Positions 48,699 through 58,401 of a stretch of 64,000 nucleotides of DNA are shown here, piece after piece. A model generated the notes under the pieces. It saw nothing but the letters and a program-made list of their open reading frames with translations. It had not been told where the DNA came from and made no database searches. Positions within the stretch are counted from its first letter, which is position 1. Every line of letters begins with the position of its first letter. The position numbers and the translations under genes are program-made. Location: the sequence record LC667451.1, one strand, 5' to 3'.

Positions 48699-50804
48699 GT
48701 GAGCTCCCAGAATAATGTCAACAACCTCAACAAAGACTCCAGTTGGGTGCGACAGTCTTTCCTGGTCCAAGTGAAAGACCTGCAAACGGTCGATCAGGAG
48801 AACCGCACCTTTACGCCGGTGAGTTTCAGCTTTACCGATACTGCACCGGGCGGCAGTCTGTGTATTAACCCGCCTCCTCAGTTTACTCGCTACGCGGACC
48901 TGAAACCGCGTAGCGCCTTTGGTGCCGACACAGGGAAAAACCGTGCAGGCAATGTCGGGATTGGTCGCTACTATGGCGAAGCGATTGAAGCGCACTCGCA
49001 GGTGATTAACATCCGCTGTGGTGTACCTTCCTTTAACTCGCTGACGACCTTCTTCTCGGGTTTCTATAACACAAGCGCAGGCACCTTGGCACGTACGGGC
49101 CGTGCACCGTCCGCCTTTTATGAACTCGGTCGCGCCGCTGGATTCGTGGTGTCGATCCTGTCGTGGAAGTTGCTGGCGGTGACGCTGCTGGGCAATGCGG
49201 CCCGCTTCTTCCTGCAAAAGCCATCGAGCAAGTTCTACTACTCGAAACCGGCGATGCCACTGTACTGGAACGCGGTGCAAACCATCGTCAACCAGATTGC
49301 GGTGAACATGGGGGTGGTGCCGCGCATTGGTGGTACGTCCTTGGCACAGACGCTGACCAACGGTTATCAGTTCGATGCCAATGCGCAAACGCAGTTGCAT
49401 CAGTTGCTCCCGGACATCATCAACCCCGGTGGCTCGATCGACGTCTATGCGATGGCAAACCGGGCCCAGCGTCTGAATAGCCTGCACCATGCGAATCTGG
49501 AGCAAAGCTATAACTCGGACAACCTGAACCTCACGCAAGCGATTCAGCAAGCCTATACCAAGCAGTTAACGGATAACGGCGGCGGTGGCTGGACCGGTTA
49601 CTTGCAGAAGTGGTTGGGCTCGTCTCAGTCCAAGACGCAAGGGTCGGGTTCGGATGGTAGTAGCTCGACCACGGAATCATTGAACAATGACGCAAGTGGT
49701 ACGCAGCAACCAGCACAAGCTTACGACTCGGGTTTCTTCGATTTCCTGGGGGCAGAACTGAACGATGGTTCGGCCTTTGTGTCGTTCCGTGTCAATGCCA
49801 CCGGCCAAGTTGGTGAGAGTTTCTCGAACTCCTTCCAGGAATCGGAAATCAAGCAGAAGATCAATGGCATCTCTTCCCAGGCACGCTCGGCGGAGTTCGA
49901 CCTGGCCAATGGCAACATCTTGGGTGGTGTCGCGGGTCAGACGCTGGGTGCCGCCATCGGCGCCGTCGGCGACTTGGTCAAGGGTGCATTGGATTCAGTG
50001 TCGCTCTCGGGCCTGGCTGCGTTGGGCGGGTCGGCCTTCGTGGATATCCCGCGTAACTGGCAGGATTCGGTGGCCCAGTTACCGCGCATGAACTACACCA
50101 TCAACTTGGTGAGTCCGTACGGCAATCGCGTCTCACAGTTGCTGAACCTGTACGTGCCGCTGGCGATGCTCTTGGCGATGTCCTTACCAATTGCCACTGG
50201 TAAGCAGTCCTACACCAGTCCGTTCCTGTGTGAAGTGTTCGATCGTGGTCGCTGTCAGTCGCGGCTGGCGATGGTGGAATCTCTTAGCATCTCACGTGGT
50301 ACCGGCAATACAGGCTGGAATAAGGAAGGCCATGCGATGGGGATTGAGGTGAGCATCTCGTTTGCCGATATGTCCACCGTACTGGCCATGCCGATCAGCC
50401 AGGGCTTTACCGGCAATGCCGCGTCGACCGGGGCTGAGATCGGTGGGATTGGGGGTGCGGTGATCGGTGCCGCTGGTGGTCCCGTGACAGCCGCAGGTGG
50501 AGCAGCAGTAGGTGCGGCAGCACTGGGTACAGCCGGTGCGGTGTTGGACGCAGCCAGTAATGCAGCAGCCACCATCGGGTCGATCTTCGATGATGACAAC
50601 ACCTTCACGGACTACATGGCTGTGCTATCGGGGATGGGTCTGACGGACCAGATCTACTCGATGAACAAGTTCAAGCTTAACTTGACACGTGCCATGACCA
50701 CCTGGAAGACCTGGTACAGCACGGCCCACTTCGCCTCCTTCATGGGCGATACGTTGCCGGGCCATGTCGTCTCAGCCATCTTCCGCGGAACCGTACGTCA
50801 GTAA
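48699..50804 (+). CDS. Tail/baseplate hub-associated virion protein (phiKZ gp182-like by synteny; GTG start)
   Basis: AGGAG SD before GTG at 48699; follows the tail lysin; 'SYTSPFLCE' motif. Confidence 0.75.
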   Translation: MSSQNNVNNLNKDSSWVRQSFLVQVKDLQTVDQENRTFTPVSFSFTDTAPGGSLCINPPPQFTRYADLKPRSAFGADTGKNRAGNVGIGRYYGEAIEAHSQVINIRCGVPSFNSLTTFFSGFYNTSAGTLARTGRAPSAFYELGRAAGFVVSILSWKLLAVTLLGNAARFFLQKPSSKFYYSKPAMPLYWNAVQTIVNQIAVNMGVVPRIGGTSLAQTLTNGYQFDANAQTQLHQLLPDIINPGGSIDVYAMANRAQRLNSLHHANLEQSYNSDNLNLTQAIQQAYTKQLTDNGGGGWTGYLQKWLGSSQSKTQGSGSDGSSSTTESLNNDASGTQQPAQAYDSGFFDFLGAELNDGSAFVSFRVNATGQVGESFSNSFQESEIKQKINGISSQARSAEFDLANGNILGGVAGQTLGAAIGAVGDLVKGALDSVSLSGLAALGGSAFVDIPRNWQDSVAQLPRMNYTINLVSPYGNRVSQLLNLYVPLAMLLAMSLPIATGKQSYTSPFLCEVFDRGRCQSRLAMVESLSISRGTGNTGWNKEGHAMGIEVSISFADMSTVLAMPISQGFTGNAASTGAEIGGIGGAVIGAAGGPVTAAGGAAVGAAALGTAGAVLDAASNAAATIGSIFDDDNTFTDYMAVLSGMGLTDQIYSMNKFKLNLTRAMTTWKTWYSTAHFASFMGDTLPGHVVSAIFRGTVRQ

Positions 50805-50808
50805 TGAC

Positions 50809-50845
50809 GGCATAGCGCCCAGGGGTGACCCTGGGCGTCTATGAC
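50809..50845. terminator. GGCATA-hairpin-TATGAC bidirectional element
   Basis: GCGCCCAGG-GGTGA-CCCTGGGCGT stem between convergent genes. Confidence 0.75.
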
Positions 50846-50846
50846 C

Positions 50847-52301
50847 TTAATTAAACGTAATACCCTTGGAAACGTAACCCTCACCATCGGCGCCCTGATG
50901 GGTCGCGCCGACTTGGAAGTAACCGTCCGGCCATACGTAAATGCCATTCTCCAGCTTGGCGTCCTTGATGTCGTGAATGCCATCCGGCTGGATGTCGTAG
51001 TTCGGCTTGTTGGTGTTCGGTGCAATGTTCGAGTAACCCGACGGGGCGGTCGGTGTCGTCGTACCCATTGCGATCACTTGCGGATCTTGCGTATCCGAAG
51101 AGATCTGGCTATTGCCATTGAACACGGTCTGCGGGAACTGCGCAGCCAGTTTGCTCGCCACCGTGGTCTGTTGCACCTGGTTAGCCAGCAACATCAACTT
51201 GTCGCTCGGATCAGTCGAGGCCATCGCACCTTGCTGAACCATCTTCTGGAAATCCGTCGAACCGTTCGAGATTGCATTCAGATTGAACGCAGGATCATTC
51301 TGCGTCACATCGTTCCCGTTCTCGTCCGTGATGGTCGTCTGACGATTGAGTGTCGACCAGTCGGAGTCGATAGCGTTGTAGGCGTCCATGGTGTCCTGGA
51401 ATTGTGAAGCATAGTCCACATTCCCCGAACTGCTCGTACCCAACGGTGTCGTGTATTGCGCACTGAAGTTCGACAACAGATTGGGCGAGTAGGCATAGGC
51501 TTGACGCGAACCCAAGGTCAGACCGATCTGGAGCAGGCTCTTCACGTCCGAACCATTCACGATCGACGGAATTACCCGCATCGTTACTGCGCCCAGAATG
51601 TTGCGATCCGTCACGGTTGCCATCAGACTGCCGAAGGTGCCTTGCATGCCGTAGCCGCACGACGTCTGGATCAAGCCTGCGTAGAGGCCGATCTTCGCAC
51701 CGCTGTCTGCGATGGAGAACGACCCGTTCACTCCCAGGGTATTGATACAGGCACCCACAGCCGCCAGACCTTCCGCTGCGGCCGAACTGATCTGTTGGAC
51801 CACGCCGTTCAAATCAGCGTAGACTTCACCCGCCACTGTGCCGACCGCATCTCCAATGGCACCTTCAGCCATTGAGATCCCGCTATTGACGGAATCCACG
51901 ATATTGCCCAGACCTGCTGCCCCGAGTCCATTGAGCAAGGTTTTGGTCAGCAATGACGCGCCGAGAATTCGAGCCGTGATGTCGCCGGAGGTGAGCATCT
52001 TCACATCACGGGCAATGCCGAGTGCCTGCGCGGCGACGTATTTACCACCGCGCAGTACGTCAGTAATCGTGAAGTCGAACTTCTGGAAGAGGTTCTGGAC
52101 GTCGGTGATAACTGACGGCCCGTTAGGCGGATTATACGGGTCCGCAGTGGCCAGCTTATTGTCGGCAGCACCAACCCACACGTTTGGGGCGAGCGCGGCT
52201 TGTGCGGCCTGTACGGAGCCACTGACACCAGTCAACGCCGCGCTGGAAGCGGCGGCCGCAGCATTCGTGGCGCTCTGTACAGCATCGGTAATTGACGGCA
52301 T
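50847..52301 (-). CDS. Putative virion structural protein (484 aa, Ala/Gly/Ser-rich)
   Basis: GAGG SD; composition typical of tail proteins. Confidence 0.7.
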   Translation of the reverse strand: MPSITDAVQSATNAAAAASSAALTGVSGSVQAAQAALAPNVWVGAADNKLATADPYNPPNGPSVITDVQNLFQKFDFTITDVLRGGKYVAAQALGIARDVKMLTSGDITARILGASLLTKTLLNGLGAAGLGNIVDSVNSGISMAEGAIGDAVGTVAGEVYADLNGVVQQISSAAAEGLAAVGACINTLGVNGSFSIADSGAKIGLYAGLIQTSCGYGMQGTFGSLMATVTDRNILGAVTMRVIPSIVNGSDVKSLLQIGLTLGSRQAYAYSPNLLSNFSAQYTTPLGTSSSGNVDYASQFQDTMDAYNAIDSDWSTLNRQTTITDENGNDVTQNDPAFNLNAISNGSTDFQKMVQQGAMASTDPSDKLMLLANQVQQTTVASKLAAQFPQTVFNGNSQISSDTQDPQVIAMGTTTPTAPSGYSNIAPNTNKPNYDIQPDGIHDIKDAKLENGIYVWPDGYFQVGATHQGADGEGYVSKGITFN

Positions 52302-52379
52302 GTTGACCTCGAAAGCAAAAAAAAAAGAGAGAAGAGCATACGGGGAGCCCGAAGGCTCCCCGCAGACGCACTACATCAG

Positions 52380-53099
52380 TTAGCGATGAATGACTTCGTT
52401 ATCGCCCAGGTACACATCCTCGTAGTCAGGGACTTCGGGTTGCTTACCTTCACGCAGCAGGCGACGGATGTCTTCAAAGCCTTCGCACAGCCAGCTTGCA
52501 ATCTGCGGGCGGGTCGGCAGGCCCGGATCGTCCGGTTTCATCTGCTCGCTACGGAAGATGTAGTAGTGATCGAACGGGAGCGTTGAAGCCAACATCAACT
52601 TCTTGATGTCTTCGTTCTGATTCACCTTGTGGAAGTTGGCCTCCATAATGATCTGGTGAAAATTCTTGATCCAACGCTTGTCCAAGTTGCGAGTTTCGCG
52701 CTTGGCAGGCATACCGGACAGATAACGCCAACGATCTTCACGGGCCCCCGTCCGGATGTAACCCCAGAAACCTTCGACCGAACGGAAGCGGCCGAACTTG
52801 GGATGTTCAAACGGTGCGGGATACTTGTGAACCAACATCTTCCCCAGGTCCGTCTTGGCATAGGTGTCGATGTTGATATGCTTCACGCCATCTTCCAAGA
52901 CCAGGGGATGAACCGGTACGTGCACTTGCTGGTCGTTGCTTTCAATGACAGTGTTCATGGATTTCTCCGCGGGCTTTTCGCCCGACTTTGTTCTAGTGTT
53001 GGTACGCTCGCGCGGCTGCGCATGTTCAACGTCCAGCTGGTGCTGTTCACTGACCATACGTCGGCGCGTGCGCAACTTCTTTTCGCGATCATTCAACAT
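52380..53099 (-). CDS. NADAR-superfamily-like protein (T4 gp30.3-like)
   Basis: 'KHINI...TDLGKML', 'FRSVEGFW' and 'EANFHKVNQNEDIKKLML' parallel the NADAR 'SxE.yy' and 'AKF.QN..L...LL' motifs. Confidence 0.55.
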   Translation of the reverse strand: MLNDREKKLRTRRRMVSEQHQLDVEHAQPRERTNTRTKSGEKPAEKSMNTVIESNDQQVHVPVHPLVLEDGVKHINIDTYAKTDLGKMLVHKYPAPFEHPKFGRFRSVEGFWGYIRTGAREDRWRYLSGMPAKRETRNLDKRWIKNFHQIIMEANFHKVNQNEDIKKLMLASTLPFDHYYIFRSEQMKPDDPGLPTRPQIASWLCEGFEDIRRLLREGKQPEVPDYEDVYLGDNEVIHR

Positions 53100-53171
53100 C
53101 TCGCTTTCCTCGCGATAGTTCAGTCCGCCCGAGTCCAGCAGCTCGGGAAATAATGGAGCGGGTTCAAGTTT

Positions 53172-53603
53172 TCACTCGTCCTTGTCTCCTTTCTCGGGCT
53201 CGGCCAGGGTTTGAAGTGTGCCGCTGCTACGGTCGCCGAGGTTCACCTCAGTGCTGAACGCCACTTCCTTGCCGGAAGCGGTGCGCGCAATGATGCACAC
53301 CTCGAAACGCGTGAACTGCATGAACATCATGGCCTTGCAAAATACCTTCCACGTCATCTGAGGACGGGCAAACTCCTTCGTGAGGTTACCTCGCATGCTG
53401 GTCTGATCCTTGCGAGTCTGAGGCACGCCATTACGAGGATCATTCAGGAACGCATGCATCAGCAGGTTCCAACGATTCTCGTTGACGTTCATCGTCATCA
53501 GCATTTTGCGGAACAGGCGCGAGAGGACCCCGTTTGCCATCGACGTTCCACCGACGTCTTTGTCCGTTTTGGCGAGAATATTCGCCATTTGGTTTTTAGC
53601 CAT
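53172..53603 (-). CDS. Conserved hypothetical protein (143 aa; start MAKNQM)
   Basis: GAGG SD; 'RGNLTKE..RPQMTWKVF.K' recalled as a jumbo-phage family pattern. Confidence 0.72.
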   Translation of the reverse strand: MAKNQMANILAKTDKDVGGTSMANGVLSRLFRKMLMTMNVNENRWNLLMHAFLNDPRNGVPQTRKDQTSMRGNLTKEFARPQMTWKVFCKAMMFMQFTRFEVCIIARTASGKEVAFSTEVNLGDRSSGTLQTLAEPEKGDKDE

Positions 53604-53646
53604 TGTAGCCTCGCTTGTAACAACTGTTGTAAGTCTTGCTTGTAAA

Positions 53647-54192
53647 CTACTGCTGTAAGGAAACCTCCACCATCGAGGTCGTGACATCGCGCAATTGGAC
53701 AAACAGCCTTGAGAGCATGCGCAAGTTGTGCTCATGGATGCCGTGCGTCGCATCGTCCGAGGCTTCCATCAGTTCACACAGGCGAGAGGCTGCGGTCTTA
53801 AACTTCGAGACAGCTTGTGTGAAGTCCGTGATGTAGAAACCACCACTGTCGATGAAAAGCTTGTCAAACGGTACCACCACTTCATCTGTCCGCACCCAGT
53901 CGTTGGGAATCCGATAGTCCCGGATCACCATCGCTGAGGCATCTTGAAGCTTCTTAGTGAAGGCTTCGAGATTCGAGATCTCCGCACTGAGCGTAACGGT
54001 ACGTCCGTAATGCGGATCGTATTTCTTGTACTGCTGTGGATCAAGCAACACCAGCAATTCCGCACACAGCTTGCGGTTAGGCTTGACCACAGACTGATCC
54101 TTGTACTTCAACTGCAGGGCAGCGTAGTGATCTTGGGGACCAGGTGCAGGCTTCTTATCGAAGAATGCTAACAACCAATCGAGCCACTTCAT
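53647..54192 (-). CDS. Hypothetical protein (181 aa; start MKWLDW)
   Basis: GAGGAA SD; upstream TATATTAC promoter-like motif. Confidence 0.7.
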   Translation of the reverse strand: MKWLDWLLAFFDKKPAPGPQDHYAALQLKYKDQSVVKPNRKLCAELLVLLDPQQYKKYDPHYGRTVTLSAEISNLEAFTKKLQDASAMVIRDYRIPNDWVRTDEVVVPFDKLFIDSGGFYITDFTQAVSKFKTAASRLCELMEASDDATHGIHEHNLRMLSRLFVQLRDVTTSMVEVSLQQ

Positions 54193-54308
54193 GGTTTCCT
54201 CTTGTTGTAAAACGTCGTATATGCGTGGATTCTTACCGGATACTATGACACCGCCCCTGTTTGGCTGGGGCATCTGATAAGGCCAGATTTACCAACTGTC
54301 TCAAGTTA

Positions 54309-54316
54309 GTAATATA
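54309..54316 (-). promoter_or_regulatory. phiKZ-type early promoter core TATATTAC
   Basis: Exact match to the published phiKZ early consensus on the minus strand, in an AT-rich divergent gap. Confidence 0.5.
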
Positions 54317-54344
54317 TGGCTATTTTTATTCTGAGGACTCGATC

Positions 54345-54794
54345 ATGTCTCAACAGACCGAAGTCGAAGTGGTCGGGCGTCAGGATGCTGACGAAGCCGT
54401 CCTCGACTACACGCAGGGTATGCGTAAGCAGATTGTTGGCGAGCTCACCAAAGAACTCAACAATCTGAAAGACCCCAAGATCGTCTCGACCATCAGCCAG
54501 GTGTTGGACGGCATGGACCGTCAGGCACTGGGCAAGATGAAGATCCGTGTCGAAGAACAACAGACACAAAACCAGGAAGGCATGGCAGCAAACATCGCCG
54601 AGCTCCTGCGTCAAATGGGCTCTGGCGGCAGTAACTTCCAAGCCTCTGTGCCTGTCCCGAGGGACGTGCCAGCGCTTGGAAGCGATGTGCCTGATCCTGA
54701 CTTAGTCGAAGGCGAGGTCGCTACCAACCCCGCTCAGCAAGACTTCGATTCGTTCCATGCCCAGTTCGCTCCCGTAGAAGGCGAAACCAGCTGA
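54345..54794 (+). CDS. Hypothetical protein (149 aa; start MSQQTE)
   Basis: GAGGA SD; followed by a hairpin at about 54821-54860. Confidence 0.72.
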   Translation: MSQQTEVEVVGRQDADEAVLDYTQGMRKQIVGELTKELNNLKDPKIVSTISQVLDGMDRQALGKMKIRVEEQQTQNQEGMAANIAELLRQMGSGGSNFQASVPVPRDVPALGSDVPDPDLVEGEVATNPAQQDFDSFHAQFAPVEGETS

Positions 54795-54850
54795 AACCCA
54801 TCCGCAGACCTTTACGGTGCTCCGTACACTAGACCGCTCAAGAGTGGGGT

Positions 54851-55591
54851 CTAGTGTACGGGGCCTTGTGTCGGTCCGGAAGGTCGAATTATGCTGAAGT
54901 ATTCGACATCAATCAAGTTGAGACCCACGAGGGATCTCGCCAAGATTTCAACAGCTTGCAGTGGATGGGCTGCAACGTCGATAGCATGTTGAATTTGTTC
55001 GTCGCTAGGCTTATCCGCGAAGTATATCGCTGGTGCGAATATAGAAACGTCTTGGATCGGCTTTGCAAACTTGTTGTCGGCAGCGTAGTGCAGACTCATC
55101 CATTCATCGTACTCGTACATCAACATACTCGAATACGACTGCTGTTTGATAAAGAGAGGAGTAAGCTCCTGTGGGCGCATATGTACGAGCTCAACCGGTG
55201 CGAGCCCTGAAATCCAGGTCGCAATGACCGTGCCCAACTCAGCCTCTTCTTCCCTGTCCAGCGTGTACGGGAACGTGTTGATGACGACTTTGGTAGTCTC
55301 GTGATACGGACGTACAGTCGCCTGTTCCTTCAAGTACCGGACTAGCGCGCCCAGTAACAGCAGCGCTTTGGTCGGCCGTGACGCCTGAAGCGTTTCGACG
55401 TTCCGTTTCGCATAAAGGTCCCGGTAGGCCTTCATGTCCACACCCGCGAACTGGTCCGAATCGCGTTTGTGGTAATTCCCGCGCAGCACTTCGGCTGCTA
55501 TTTCCTGGCTCAGTCGAGCCAGCGTTCCTGCGCGTGTGTCTAGCAAAGCGTCTAGCTCTGCGTAAACCACGGCAACTGCTTTCTGACTCAT
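54851..55591 (-). CDS. HAD-fold-like conserved jumbo-phage protein (246 aa)
   Basis: N-terminal strand followed by 'ELDALLDTR', resembling a degenerate HAD motif I. Confidence 0.6.
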   Translation of the reverse strand: MSQKAVAVVYAELDALLDTRAGTLARLSQEIAAEVLRGNYHKRDSDQFAGVDMKAYRDLYAKRNVETLQASRPTKALLLLGALVRYLKEQATVRPYHETTKVVINTFPYTLDREEEAELGTVIATWISGLAPVELVHMRPQELTPLFIKQQSYSSMLMYEYDEWMSLHYAADNKFAKPIQDVSIFAPAIYFADKPSDEQIQHAIDVAAHPLQAVEILARSLVGLNLIDVEYFSIIRPSGPTQGPVH

Positions 55592-55631
55592 TCATCAAGC
55601 CCAGCCATTAGTGGTTCGGCTGGACCCCCGG

Positions 55632-56207
55632 TTACTGTTGTTGAAAACCTGTTATGGTCTGTTGTTTCCTGCGACTGGGCTGTTCGTCTTGGCCCTCGGG
55701 AATGACGAACAACTTGATCAGCAGAAGGGTTACTATCCACTTATTAGCAGCCAGGTATTTTTTCACATCAGGCTGCTGGGTCAAACGTGAGTTGATGACC
55801 TCCGGCATGAGCACCAGTTGTCGATCATCTCCGTTATCGTTATCAGCTGACGTACCCCAGCTCAATGCATCAGTCAACCCAGTAAATTTAACACTTGCCT
55901 CGCCCCAGCGTGCGAAGAAAGTGAAGGTCAGGGTCATGACAAAGTCGCGGATCAGTTCGTCGACCATCACCAGATCCAGCAGATGATCTACGCCCTCCGG
56001 AGATGACCACATCCAGGGCTTCTCTTCCACCACGACACGAGTCACAAAGGTCTTGACCGCCAAGATCTGCTCGTCGTTCAGGTACTGTGCCAGTACCGTC
56101 TTGAAGGCTTCCTGAAAAGCCCCCGCTACTGTCTCCATATCGTCATTGACGAAGATGGTCGGGTCCAAGGGCAACTCGCGTTGACTGCGTGATGCAAACG
56201 TATTCAC
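55632..56207 (-). CDS. Hypothetical protein (191 aa)
   Basis: 4-nt overlap with the upstream gene; GGGG SD. Confidence 0.72.
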   Translation of the reverse strand: MNTFASRSQRELPLDPTIFVNDDMETVAGAFQEAFKTVLAQYLNDEQILAVKTFVTRVVVEEKPWMWSSPEGVDHLLDLVMVDELIRDFVMTLTFTFFARWGEASVKFTGLTDALSWGTSADNDNGDDRQLVLMPEVINSRLTQQPDVKKYLAANKWIVTLLLIKLFVIPEGQDEQPSRRKQQTITGFQQQ

Positions 56208-56587
56208 TTCATACCCCCATTCAAAAGCTTCTCTTGCCCTTCGTAGGCCTTTAGAAATTGCTCGAGAATCCGCCGTCCTGTTTCACGAGTTTGCGTAGGA
56301 ATCGTGAAGAAGAGGACCTTACCTTGCGGATCATCGTTATAAGCCTGCTGTAGTTCCGGCTGATCATGTCGGTTGCATCTTAGCTTGTACAGGTGATTCG
56401 CTTTAGCAAAAGCCAAGTCACCAGCCTCGCCAAAGTACACATAGTCATGCTCAGGAAAGTGAAGGGCATAAAAACCCATCTCTTTCGGTGGAGGATCAAA
56501 GGGCTGAACTGGCGCAGGCTCTGCTGAGAGCACCGCGGCCAGTTCGAGCGTGATCCATTTGTCGACAAACGCGACGTCGATGTTCAC
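56204..56587 (-). CDS. GIY-YIG-like nuclease domain protein (127 aa), possibly degenerate
   Basis: 'GFYALHF...YVYFGEAGDL....NHLYKLRCNRHDQPELQQAYN' follows the GIY-YIG layout. Confidence 0.55.
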   Translation of the reverse strand: MNIDVAFVDKWITLELAAVLSAEPAPVQPFDPPPKEMGFYALHFPEHDYVYFGEAGDLAFAKANHLYKLRCNRHDQPELQQAYNDDPQGKVLFFTIPTQTRETGRRILEQFLKAYEGQEKLLNGGMK

Positions 56588-57252
56588 AGGGTGTTCTCAA
56601 GGTGCATGCAAGTGAGAATGATGCTAAGGGTCTGCGTGGACTTCACTTGGGTACCGAGCTTCTCGATCGATTGGAGCGACACCCCGCCAGTCTTGCTGAT
56701 GGAGGAGTTGAGGGCATCAAAGCCCTTCTCGTCACCGCCGCGATACTTGAGCATCTCAGTGAGGTTGGCATCCAGATTAAGTGCAGCCATGATCTGGGTC
56801 TCCGGGTAGGAGATCTTCGAGCCCTTGGACTTGCCGGTCGGCTGGCCGGTAAAGTCGTCCACGGACTTAGTGTCCTCAGGAATCGAGATCTTCTTGACCA
56901 AGAGCTGCGCTTGACGGCGCAGGGGGAGATCAACCACCAGGTAGCGAATCGGTGAGAGATACGGCGGAATATCGTTGCCATTGTCGATCAGAATCCGTTC
57001 GAAGAAGTTATGGCCCAGTTCGTCAGCCAGCTTCAGATTCCGATCGATATCCAGCGATGATTTCGCCAGGTTCGGCGCCACCACTGCCAACCGAATCTCC
57101 TGTCGCTCGAGCTTTTCCATCCACACAGCAAACGCTGCGTCATCCATTCCCGCGAAGAGATTCACGTACAGTTCTCGGTTACCCGAGTCTGGGATCAATT
57201 TCTCGATCCATTCGAGAATTACAGCTTCTGCGGCTTTGCGGTTGCCTGCCAT
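56584..57252 (-). CDS. rpoB: Virion RNA polymerase beta subunit, C-terminal fragment (phiKZ gp149-like)
   Basis: 'KGSKISYPETQIMAALNLDANLTEMLKYRGGD' aligns by eye with the beta C-terminal '[32 protein letters not shown]'. Confidence 0.8.
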   Translation of the reverse strand: MAGNRKAAEAVILEWIEKLIPDSGNRELYVNLFAGMDDAAFAVWMEKLERQEIRLAVVAPNLAKSSLDIDRNLKLADELGHNFFERILIDNGNDIPPYLSPIRYLVVDLPLRRQAQLLVKKISIPEDTKSVDDFTGQPTGKSKGSKISYPETQIMAALNLDANLTEMLKYRGGDEKGFDALNSSISKTGGVSLQSIEKLGTQVKSTQTLSIILTCMHLENTL

Positions 57253-57770
57253 GGTATCGTGGTCCTTTCTTGCCAGTCAGGGTCCGGGTCCACGAGATTG
57301 ACCGTCACAGCTAAGCCCTGTTTTTCACAGAGCTTGAACATGTGGCGTGTCACACGCGAATCACCGTCCCAGAAGGCGATGAGATGGGTTCCCACTCGTG
57401 CTGTCTGAGCATTACGCGCAAACTCTGCGCTACGGCCTTGATCCCGATCGGCAGGAAACTCTGCCCAGGGGAAGCCGTTCTCTCGGCACCAGCGGATAAT
57501 CATATCATCAGCGCCCTTACTGGCTCGACCGGTCACAAAACAGATCAGAGGCAGGTCGACGAGATCCTCGCGCAGCAGCCGTTCCTCCAGACACTCCACG
57601 AACAAATCGTAGTTGTTGAAGTTCAGACTGCCAGTCACGATAATGATCGCATCGTAAATCTCAGTGGTGCAGGCTTTCTGGCTCAGACGCCAGCCCTCAT
57701 CACCGCTGTACGTGAGCCGCGGATGCGTCAGTTCACGGTTTCCGAACGGGGTGCGTTTTTGATCATGCAC
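57219..57770 (-). CDS. SLOG/YspA-like (DUF2493) nucleotide-binding protein (probable GTG start at 57770)
   Basis: 'IIVTGS..F.NY', 'GADDM...W', 'RN' and 'LIAFWDGDSR.T.HM' pattern. Confidence 0.72.
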   Translation of the reverse strand: MHDQKRTPFGNRELTHPRLTYSGDEGWRLSQKACTTEIYDAIIIVTGSLNFNNYDLFVECLEERLLREDLVDLPLICFVTGRASKGADDMIIRWCRENGFPWAEFPADRDQGRSAEFARNAQTARVGTHLIAFWDGDSRVTRHMFKLCEKQGLAVTVNLVDPDPDWQERTTIPWQATAKPQKL

Positions 57771-58102
57771 GGCAGAACTTTGTCCTCGAACAGACGCTTC
57801 CAGTCTTCGGCCGTGCCACCGTCGACCAGACAGAAACGTTCCTGGGTCGTGTTGGTGTCCAGATTGCCCAGCACCAGGCGCAATTGACGATTCACGAGGA
57901 AACGATGGATGCTGAAGTCCGTCGTCGTGAGTGCATCGGGGTGCAGGCCGCCGGTCCATTTCTGCGGAGCCGGGTGACCCTGCTCGGCCAGACGATCGCT
58001 CACGTACTCGACCAGATTGGCTTCAAGCTTCGATTGCGGTTGCTCGACGACTTGTGCTTCTGCTGCTTGTGCTTCAGGGTTCAAAGCGATTGCGGTGTTC
58101 AT
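57728..58102 (-). CDS. Hypothetical protein (124 aa)
   Basis: AGGAA SD; biased codons. Confidence 0.72.
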   Translation of the reverse strand: MNTAIALNPEAQAAEAQVVEQPQSKLEANLVEYVSDRLAEQGHPAPQKWTGGLHPDALTTTDFSIHRFLVNRQLRLVLGNLDTNTTQERFCLVDGGTAEDWKRLFEDKVLPCMIKNAPRSETVN

Positions 58103-58110
58103 GATGGTTC

Positions 58111-58401
58111 CTACGCGCGGCCTTTGACCGCAGAATGGGTTTCAATGGGATACCCGAGGTTCTCCGCCCGACCACGATAGACGAAACGTCCGTCTTCGAA
58201 TTCCGACTGACAGCGCACGCAGATGCGGCCGTCCTTCATGCGGTAGGCGTAAGCGGGTTCCCGTGTGGCTTCGATCACGTATTCCGTGGGCAGGCCAGCG
58301 ACGACGTACATGCCACCTGACTTGACGTGCTCCACAACATCGTTGATCACAAACTTGACCGGGGTGACGACAGCGACTTCTTGTTGTTCACTTGCGCTCA
58401 T
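58111..58401 (-). CDS. DUF1653-like small SH3-fold protein (96 aa)
   Basis: 'HVKSGGMYVV...EATREPAYAY...GRICVR..SEF.DGRF' matches the DUF1653 pattern. Confidence 0.6.
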   Translation of the reverse strand: MSASEQQEVAVVTPVKFVINDVVEHVKSGGMYVVAGLPTEYVIEATREPAYAYRMKDGRICVRCQSEFEDGRFVYRGRAENLGYPIETHSAVKGRA

